A stretch of 32,000 nucleotides of DNA from Methanothermobacter marburgensis str. Marburg (GTDB lineage: Archaea > Methanobacteriota > Methanobacteria > Methanobacteriales > Methanothermobacteraceae): positions 1,170,001-1,202,000 of the forward strand of contig NC_014408.1 of NCBI RefSeq assembly GCF_000145295.1. Direction: 5' to 3'. Shown one piece after another: positions 25,810 through 32,000 of this stretch (positions are counted from its first letter, which is position 1; every line of letters starts with the position of its first letter). The notes below the pieces were generated by a model. It ran no database searches, was not told where the DNA came from, and saw only the letters and a program-made list of their open reading frames with translations. Position numbers and translations under genes: made by a program.

Positions 25810-26745
25810 ATGAGAAAATTCAGAAGACCCCTCGTTGTACTCAGCCGCTGCATCGAACATGATCACTGTCGCTATGACGGCTCAATGATACCCAGTCCCT
25901 TTGTGAGGCAGTTCTCTGATTACGCTGATTTTATCACGGTCTGCCCTGAGGTTGAGATGGGTCTGGGTGTTCCAAGACCTCCAATACATATAACCATGAA
26001 AAAAGGGGAATTCAGACTTTTTCAACCCGAAACCGGCAGGGATCTGACAGAGGAGATGAATTCATTCATAACCTCATTTCTGGATTCACTGGACAAAGTC
26101 GATGGATTCATATTAAAGAACAAGTCGCCCTCCTGCGGTATAAGGAACGTTAAGGTCTACATGGGCGCCGGTAAAAGACCTGGCAGCCATGGGGTGGGGT
26201 TCTTTGGAAGGGCTGTGATGGAAAGGTTCCCCCACCTCCCCCTTGAGGATGAGGGGCGCCTCAGGAACCTGCAGATAAGGGAGGATTTCCTCATAAAGCT
26301 CTACCTGGTGAGGGACTTCCGTGCGGTGAGAGACCTGGGTGACCTCATAGAGTTCCACACATCAAACAAGCTGCTCCTCATGTCCTACAGTCCAGAGGGG
26401 CAGAGAACACTCGGGAGGATAATAGCAGATCAGAAGGATCATGATAACACCCTCAAAAGATACTCTGAAACCCTCTGCAGCGTTATAAAAGATCCGCTGA
26501 AACCTGAAAGAATCATAAACAGCCTCCTGCATGCCTTCGGCCACTTCTCATCAGAACTGAATGGAAGGGAGAAGAGTTATTTCCTTGAATCAGTTGAGGG
26601 GTACCGTAAGGGGATCATGCCACTTCTTGTGCCCCTCAGCATACTGAGGTCATGGGTCGTGAGATTCGGGGATGAGTACCTTGAGGGCCAGACCCTCTTT
26701 GAACCATACCCCCGTGAACTTGTGCCGGTAACCCTCATCGTTTGA
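25810..26745 (+). CDS. DUF523 (TudS-like) + DUF1722 fusion protein (YbgA family)
   Basis: The N-terminal [14 protein letters not shown]...[12 protein letters not shown]...SPSCG pattern is the Cys pattern of DUF523. The C-terminal half resembles DUF1722 (HAFGHFS). Confidence 0.8.
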
Positions 26746-26755
26746 GGTGGCGGTG

Positions 26756-28090
26756 ATGATACATGATGAAAGGATAAGGAGCCTCAACACTGAAAAACCA
26801 GCTAGGGATGGTAAGTACGTCATCTACTGGATGCAGGCCTCGGTGAGGGCACACTGGAATCATGCCCTTGAGTATGCAATTGAAACTGCCAACAGCCTCC
26901 ATAAACCGCTGATCGTCATATTTGGACTCACAGATGAATTCCCCAATGCCAACTCCCGCCACTACAGATTCCTCATAGAGGGTTTGAGGGATGTTGGGGA
27001 TGCTCTCATGAAGAGGGGTGCGAGGCTCGTGGTTGAAAATGAAAGGCCCCCCTCAGCTGTCATGAGATACTCAGATGAGGCCTCGGCAGTGGTGGTGGAC
27101 AGAGGATACCTTGACATTCAGAAAGAATGGGTGGATGAACTCGCTGAATCACTCCACGTCCCCCTGATGCAGGTTGAAAGCAACGTTATAGTACCCGTTG
27201 AAACAGCCTCCCCCAAGGAGGAGTATTCCGCAGGGACCTTCAGGCCAAAGATAACAAGGGAGCTTGAAAGGTTCATGGTTCCACTCAAGGAGCGAAGGCT
27301 GGCTGTGGATTCCCTTGACCTTGACCCTGGCCCTGATCTTAATGATGTCACCGGAAAATTCAGGGCCTCTGAGGAACTGGAACCCTCCATCTTCAGTGGT
27401 GGGGCCTCTGAGGCAATAAGGCTATTTGATGAGTTTCTTTCAGAAAAACTTGCATGCTTTGAGAAGTACAGGAATGACCCTGTGAAGAACTGCCTATCAA
27501 ATATGAGCCCGTACCTTCATTTCGGACATATATCACCGCTTTACCTTGCCATGAAAGCATCAAAGACGGGTGAATGCCCTGAATTCCTTGAGGAACTCAT
27601 TGTGAGAAGGGAACTCAGCATGAACTTCGTGCACTACAGTGATAATTACAGCAGCATAAGGTGTCTTCCTGAGTGGGCCCAGAAAACCCTCATGGAGCAC
27701 GCAAGGGACCCCAAGGAATACGAATACACCCTCAGGGAATTTGAGGAGGCCAGAACCCATGACCCCTACTGGAACGCCGCCCAGAAGGAGATGGTTATCA
27801 CCGGGAAGATGCACGGTTACATGAGAATGTACTGGGGCAAAAAGATCCTGGAATGGACAGATCACCCTGAAAGGGCCTACGACATAGCAATTTACCTCAA
27901 TGATAAATATGAGATAGATGGAAGGGACCCCAATGGCTTCACAGGGGTTGCCTGGTGTTTCGGTAAACATGACAGGGCCTGGGCCGAAAGGGAGATATTC
28001 GGAAAGGTAAGGTACATGAATGACCGTGGACTTGAACGAAAATTTCGGATAGGTGAATATGTGAGGAGAGTTCAGGAGCTGGAAGAGTAA
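26756..28090 (+). CDS. phr: Class II CPD photolyase (deoxyribodipyrimidine photo-lyase)
   Basis: [54 protein letters not shown] and [15 protein letters not shown] are class II photolyase signatures. GAGGTGG lies upstream of ATG 26756. Confidence 0.95.
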
Positions 28091-28234
28091 ATGACGCACA
28101 CATTATTTTATCACAGAGAACATTCCACAGAACAAACACCTAATGAAAAACCCTCACCCAGCAAAACTTTTTTATCATCCTACACCCAATTATCTAAGGG
28201 ATTCCAATTATTCTCACTCCATGGAGGTTATGAT

Positions 28235-28897
28235 ATGAACATTGACCTTGAAGGATACTACAGGATACGTTACAGTCTATTCAGATGGAGACACAATCAG
28301 ACATGGATCAGCAAGACAGTCATGGCATTTTTCATGGCCTGTGTAACAGGGATAATGGCCCAGGTTGTGATTCCACTACCCTGGACCCCGGTACCCATCA
28401 CAGCCCAGACACTGGCAGTCCTCATGTCCGGTGTTGTCCTTGGAAGGTACTGGGGTGGGCTGAGCCAGGTCATATACATCCTCATTGGTGCCGCTGGAGT
28501 GCCCTGGTTTGCCGGTATGACAGGTGGAGCCGCTGTACTGGTGGGTGCGACCGGAGGATATCTCATTGGATTCATTCTTGCAGCGCTGCTGCTGGGCCAC
28601 TTCGTTGACAGACACATAAGATCAAGGAAATTCACACCGATGATGGCCCTGATGCTTGTTGCAAACTTTGGCCTTATCTACATCCCAGGACTTCTTGTTC
28701 TGGGGCTCTGGACCCTGCAGACAACAGGGACCATGCCATCAGCATGGGAACTTCTTGCCATGGGGCTTTTACCGTTCATACCAGGTGATCTGCTTAAGAT
28801 AACAGGGGCTGCAGCAGTTACAAGGGCCATAACACCAAAGGAGCCCTACGGTGAAGAGGTTGACGTCCATAAATTCCCTGAATGGAGGCTGCCCTGA
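28235..28897 (+). CDS. bioY: BioY-family biotin transporter S-component
   Basis: TPVPITAQTLAVLMSGVVLG......GAAGVPWFAG.....L.GATGGYLIGF is the BioY core. GGAGGT lies 6 nt upstream of ATG 28235. The ORF-track N-terminal extension has no family support. Confidence 0.9.
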   Translation: MNIDLEGYYRIRYSLFRWRHNQTWISKTVMAFFMACVTGIMAQVVIPLPWTPVPITAQTLAVLMSGVVLGRYWGGLSQVIYILIGAAGVPWFAGMTGGAAVLVGATGGYLIGFILAALLLGHFVDRHIRSRKFTPMMALMLVANFGLIYIPGLLVLGLWTLQTTGTMPSAWELLAMGLLPFIPGDLLKITGAAAVTRAITPKEPYGEEVDVHKFPEWRLP

Positions 28898-29282
28898 ACT
28901 GATAATCAGGGCACATCACCTCCTCTGTATGAGGGGGTTTCAGGGATACGGCTACAGCAGGGAATTCGTTGATAATATGGAGAGGATCCTCAAGTGGATC
29001 CATGATAATCCCAAGAAGTCAATAATGATTGTTGATTTTCCAGATGATATCTGTGCTGCATGTCCATTCCTTGATGGATCCGCCTGCCTGAGGGCCGAAG
29101 ACACCGTGAGGCTCATGGATCGGATGCTCATGGATTTACTGGGTATAAAGAGCGGGGATGAACTGACATCCACAGAAATCGATGACCTCATCTCCCCCCT
29201 CATAGATTCCCCTGAATTAACTGATATATGCGGTGAATGTTCCTGGATTGATGTCTGCCTGGTACACAGAAACCCGAGGTGA
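28851..29282 (+). CDS. DUF1284 family protein
   Basis: IRAHHLLCMRGFQGYGYS and the later CAACP...C / CGEC cysteines fit DUF1284. The start is uncertain: the only in-frame ATG/TTG codons (28851, 28860) lie inside bioY. Confidence 0.7.
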   Translation: MKRLTSINSLNGGCPELIIRAHHLLCMRGFQGYGYSREFVDNMERILKWIHDNPKKSIMIVDFPDDICAACPFLDGSACLRAEDTVRLMDRMLMDLLGIKSGDELTSTEIDDLISPLIDSPELTDICGECSWIDVCLVHRNPR

Positions 29283-29288
29283 AAGATA

Positions 29289-30398
29289 ATGATCCGGCGA
29301 AAACTCGGTTCAACTGGCATATCTGCTTCGATACTGGGGATTGGGGTCATGAGGTTCCCTGAGGTGAATGGGAGACTTGAAAGAGGGTCTGCAGCGAAAA
29401 TTATGAAATTTGCCCTTGAGAGCGGCATAAACTACATTGACACCGGTTACACCTACCATGGTGGTGAAAGCGAGGTTTTCGTTGGGGAATTCCTCTCAGA
29501 AAATGGTGACTACAGGGACGATGCGGTCGTGGCAACCAAGCTTCCCACCTGGCTCGTTAACAGAAGAGAGGACATGGATGTCTACTTTGAGGAGCAGACG
29601 AAGCGCCTCAGAGGCAAAATTGATATATACCTCCTTCACAACCTCAAAAAGGATTCCTGGCTGGCCCTCAAGGATATGGGTGTCCTTGATTTTCTTGATT
29701 CGCTCCGGGATGATGGAATCTATGTTGGATTCTCATTCCATGATACGGCTGACGTATTCTTTGAGATAGCCGACTCATACACCTGGGATGTCATTCAGGT
29801 CCAACACAATATAGTGGATGACCACCAGGCAAACCCCACCACCCTTGCATATGCCCGCGGACTTGGTGCCGGTACTGTGATAATGGAGCCACTGAGGGGA
29901 GGCTCACTTGTACGTAACATCCCACAGGAGGTCAGGGAGATATATGAAATGGCCAGGACCCCCCGAAAACCTGTGGAGTGGTGTCTGAGGTATCTATGGG
30001 ATATGGATGATGTCGACGTGGTTCTAAGCGGTATGGGAAGTGTATCAGAGGTCAGGGAGAATGTTGAAATTGCATTGAACTCCCAAAAGCTCACGGAAGA
30101 TGACCGCGAAATTTTGAGGGAAGTTAAAAGGGCCTACCGCATGAGGAAGAGTGTCCCCTGTTCAGAATGCGGATACTGCATGCCCTGCCCTGAGGGCGTT
30201 GACATACCCCGTAACTTCAGGCTTCTGAATGAGGTATACAGGTTCATGAGCACTGGGGGCGTGGAAACTGAGTACAGGAAGATCATGGATGACAGGGAGC
30301 GGGCATCAAACTGTTCAGGGTGCTGCTCATGCATGCCCTGCCCCCAGATGATCGATATACCCTCTGAACTCAGGAGGGTCCATGAAAAACTTGGATAG
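29289..30398 (+). CDS. Aldo/keto reductase with a C-terminal 2x[4Fe-4S]-type Cys cluster domain (COG1453 type)
   Basis: AKR core (LGIGVMRF, INYIDTGYTYHGGESE, DIYLLHN) plus CSECGYCMPCPEGVDIP and CSGCCSCMPCPQMIDIP. Confidence 0.9.
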   Translation: MIRRKLGSTGISASILGIGVMRFPEVNGRLERGSAAKIMKFALESGINYIDTGYTYHGGESEVFVGEFLSENGDYRDDAVVATKLPTWLVNRREDMDVYFEEQTKRLRGKIDIYLLHNLKKDSWLALKDMGVLDFLDSLRDDGIYVGFSFHDTADVFFEIADSYTWDVIQVQHNIVDDHQANPTTLAYARGLGAGTVIMEPLRGGSLVRNIPQEVREIYEMARTPRKPVEWCLRYLWDMDDVDVVLSGMGSVSEVRENVEIALNSQKLTEDDREILREVKRAYRMRKSVPCSECGYCMPCPEGVDIPRNFRLLNEVYRFMSTGGVETEYRKIMDDRERASNCSGCCSCMPCPQMIDIPSELRRVHEKLG

Positions 30399-30605
30399 GT
30401 GAACCCCTTGATTGAAAGGATCAAATACTCAATCAAGATTGCATTGATACTCGCTGTGCTTGGCTCAGCCGTCCTCTTTATATGGGGGATGATTGGGAGA
30501 ATGGCTGTGGACTGGAACGTTCTGAGATCGGCCCTTGAAGGTTTTGTTGCATTTGGAATATTTGGATTCATACTGGGATTTCTGATATATGACCTTGAAC
30601 CCTAG
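30399..30605 (+). CDS. Small two-TM membrane protein (hypothetical)
   Basis: 68-aa ORF whose GTG start abuts the AKR stop. Two clear hydrophobic helices. No family recognised. Confidence 0.4.
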   Translation: MNPLIERIKYSIKIALILAVLGSAVLFIWGMIGRMAVDWNVLRSALEGFVAFGIFGFILGFLIYDLEP

Positions 30606-30729
30606 ATTTGAATGGAGTTACAGAAGGCAAAATGGAGCTAAAGTCTCTGATATGTGATTGAATCATAGCTACATGAAAAAGAAACACTGTTAGCACTGGG
30701 ATCACTAGAGTCAGAAGTTTGTTTTTCAT
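30568..30729 (-). CDS. Candidate 53-aa small protein with an N-terminal hydrophobic helix (below the ORF-track size cut-off)
   Basis: Hand translation: MKNKLLTLVIPVLTVFLFHVAMIQSHIRDFSSILPSVTPFKSRVQGHISEIPV. An 8-nt SD (GGAGGTGA) lies 8 nt upstream of the ATG. The 3' end overlaps the convergent small ORF by 38 nt. Confidence 0.3.
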   Translation of the reverse strand: MKNKLLTLVIPVLTVFLFHVAMIQSHIRDFSSILPSVTPFKSRVQGHISEIPV

Positions 30730-30878
30730 TTCAATTTTCACCTCCATTTAAATCATAAATATCGAGTTACATTTTTATGTAATTCGTGTATAAATAGGTA
30801 TGTGAATCCACAGAACTGCAGTACTCTGCCGAGGAGAAAGATCAGTTTTAAAAGAATAACTGGGTGTGAAATGCAGAT

Positions 30879-31502
30879 ATGATGATTCATGGATTTAAAA
30901 GACTTGAAAGTAAGAGAAACCATGTATACTTAATCCAATCAGGTACAGAAAGTTTCATCGTCAAAGTACACAAAACCAGCGAAAAATCTTACCTCGAATC
31001 AGAAAATGTGAAACTACTGAGGGATAAAGGAGTCAGAGTGCCTAGAATACTTGGTGTATCCAAGAATATCTTGATTGAGGAGTTCATCGAAGGAAAAACC
31101 ATTGGAGACCTGATATCTAGGGCAGACACAACATGGACAGAAAGCCTTGGAAAGTGGTTCTCAGAAATCCACAGTATAAAAAAACAGTCAAAGACCCTTT
31201 TAAAAGGTGACTGCAATCTTAAAAACTTCATATTCACAGAAAAAGAAATTTTTGGGGTTGATTTTGAATATATACACTATGGGAATCCCTATGATGATCT
31301 TGGAAAACTATGCTTCTTCATAATGGATAGTAACTCACAGATGTCCATGAATGACAAAAAACACCTTATAAAAAGGTTTCTGAGTGCCTATGAAGATCAC
31401 TCAAAAACTGTTGTAAATCCAAAAATTGTGGCTGAATACATGGAAATCGAGAAGAAAGGGGCCCTGATAAGGAGGGAACGTCATACTCCTAAATGGTTAT
31501 AA
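30879..31502 (+). CDS. Small protein-kinase-like / APH-type phosphotransferase fold protein
   Basis: N-lobe-like FIVKVHK and E in ESENVKLL, hinge IEEFIEG, catalytic-loop-like KGDCNLKNFIF, and DFE in GVDFEYIHYGNPYDDLG. Noticeably AT-richer than the neighbouring genes. Confidence 0.6.
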   Translation: MMIHGFKRLESKRNHVYLIQSGTESFIVKVHKTSEKSYLESENVKLLRDKGVRVPRILGVSKNILIEEFIEGKTIGDLISRADTTWTESLGKWFSEIHSIKKQSKTLLKGDCNLKNFIFTEKEIFGVDFEYIHYGNPYDDLGKLCFFIMDSNSQMSMNDKKHLIKRFLSAYEDHSKTVVNPKIVAEYMEIEKKGALIRRERHTPKWL

Positions 31503-31531
31503 TTTGAATAATCGAGCTAGGAGGGATAATT

Positions 31532-31948
31532 CTGAGTAAAAAAACTTTCCTAACCGAAAGACAGAAAACCGTTCTTGAAATGAGGGAGAGGGGATGGTCC
31601 CAGAAGAAGATTGCAAGGGAATTGAAGACCACAAGACAGAACGTGTCAGCAATAGAAAGAAAGGCCATGGAGAACATAGAGAAATCCCGGAACACTCTAG
31701 ATTTTGTTAAATTCCTAAAATCACCTGTAAGAATACTTTGCAGACGCGGGGATACCCTTGATGAAATTATAAAGAGATTATTGGAAGAATCAAATAAAGA
31801 GGGCATACATGTAATACATGACTCAATTACACTCGCATTTCTGATAAGGGAAAAGGCCAGCCACAGGATCGTTCACAGGGTTGTTAAAAGCGATTTTGAA
31901 ATAGGAGTGACAAGGGACGGAGAAATTATCGTCGATCTAAATTCCTAG
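31532..31948 (+). CDS. tfx: Tfx-family DNA-binding protein (LuxR/GerE-like HTH plus a C-terminal Tfx domain)
   Basis: FLTERQKTVLEMRERGWSQKKIARELKTTRQNVSAIERKAMENIEKSRNTL is the Tfx HTH. Its first helix lies upstream of the only ATG (31580). AGGAGG at 31519-31524 points to a CTG (31532) or ATT (31529) start. Minimal coordinates are 31580-31948. Confidence 0.8.
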   Translation: MSKKTFLTERQKTVLEMRERGWSQKKIARELKTTRQNVSAIERKAMENIEKSRNTLDFVKFLKSPVRILCRRGDTLDEIIKRLLEESNKEGIHVIHDSITLAFLIREKASHRIVHRVVKSDFEIGVTRDGEIIVDLNS

Positions 31949-32000
31949 AATTTATAAAAAAATTTTTATAGTACCTCCCATATACAACTAGATGCAGATA

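Noticed and set aside
27560-28099. 179-aa ORF antisense to the photolyase gene
   Set aside because: The photolyase frame is unambiguous. The antisense frame shows no motif.
28952-29428. 158-aa minus-strand ORF across DUF1284 and the start of the AKR gene (similarly 30134-30571 across the end of the AKR gene)
   Set aside because: Both are antisense to genes with clear family motifs and have no independent support.
1-32000. CRISPR arrays, tRNA/rRNA genes, IS elements or known defence-system genes
   Set aside because: I noticed no regularly spaced repeat-spacer structure and no GC-rich structured-RNA-sized gaps. I also saw no transposase, Cas, restriction-enzyme or toxin-antitoxin-like ORFs. 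This was a scan by eye only, with no covariance-model or HMM search.

Overview
The window looks like a compact core-chromosome segment of a Methanothermobacter-type methanogen. About 42 protein genes sit on both strands with short intergenic gaps, and many junctions show GGAGGTGA-type Shine-Dalgarno sequences or ATGA/TGATG overlaps. From memory only (not checked), the order gar1-tfb ... DUF211 ... small thioredoxin-like protein ... class II photolyase ... tfx resembles the M. thermautotrophicus MTH872-MTH91x region.

Recognisable genes:
- nadK (3' fragment), a Mur-ligase-family gene (possibly the F430 synthetase CfbE), hemC, a Gfo/Idh/MocA oxidoreductase and a PyrE-like/GfcR regulator.
- A UbiA prenyltransferase, aRF1, pyrH and TauE.
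- A GT2+GT-B fused glycosyltransferase, TFB, Gar1, an RraA-like protein and a DUF211 protein.
- A small Toprim protein, DnaG, a protease-less LonB-like AAA+ ATPase and XerA.
- A six-gene permease / thioredoxin / Cys-rich / ProC-like / Usp / ArsR operon.
- Two REC-HisKA_2 histidine kinases, a DUF523-DUF1722 gene with class II photolyase, BioY, DUF1284 and an Fe-S aldo/keto reductase.
- A small kinase-like protein and Tfx.

I found no rRNA or tRNA genes, no CRISPR array, no transposon and no recognisable defence system. I cannot point to a convincing novel multi-gene system.

The most unusual signals are at sequence level:
1. A triple 50-bp tandem repeat re-creates the start region of the Mur-ligase gene and generates two ATGA-chained 17-codon uORFs.
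2. Two further ~50-bp tandem duplications lie at gene 3' ends (pyrH, tauE).
3. A 7-2-7 inverted repeat sits on the promoter of the ArsR-terminated operon.
4. Tfx lacks a canonical start codon upstream of its conserved N-terminal helix.

All functional calls rest on motif recognition by eye. No database search was run.
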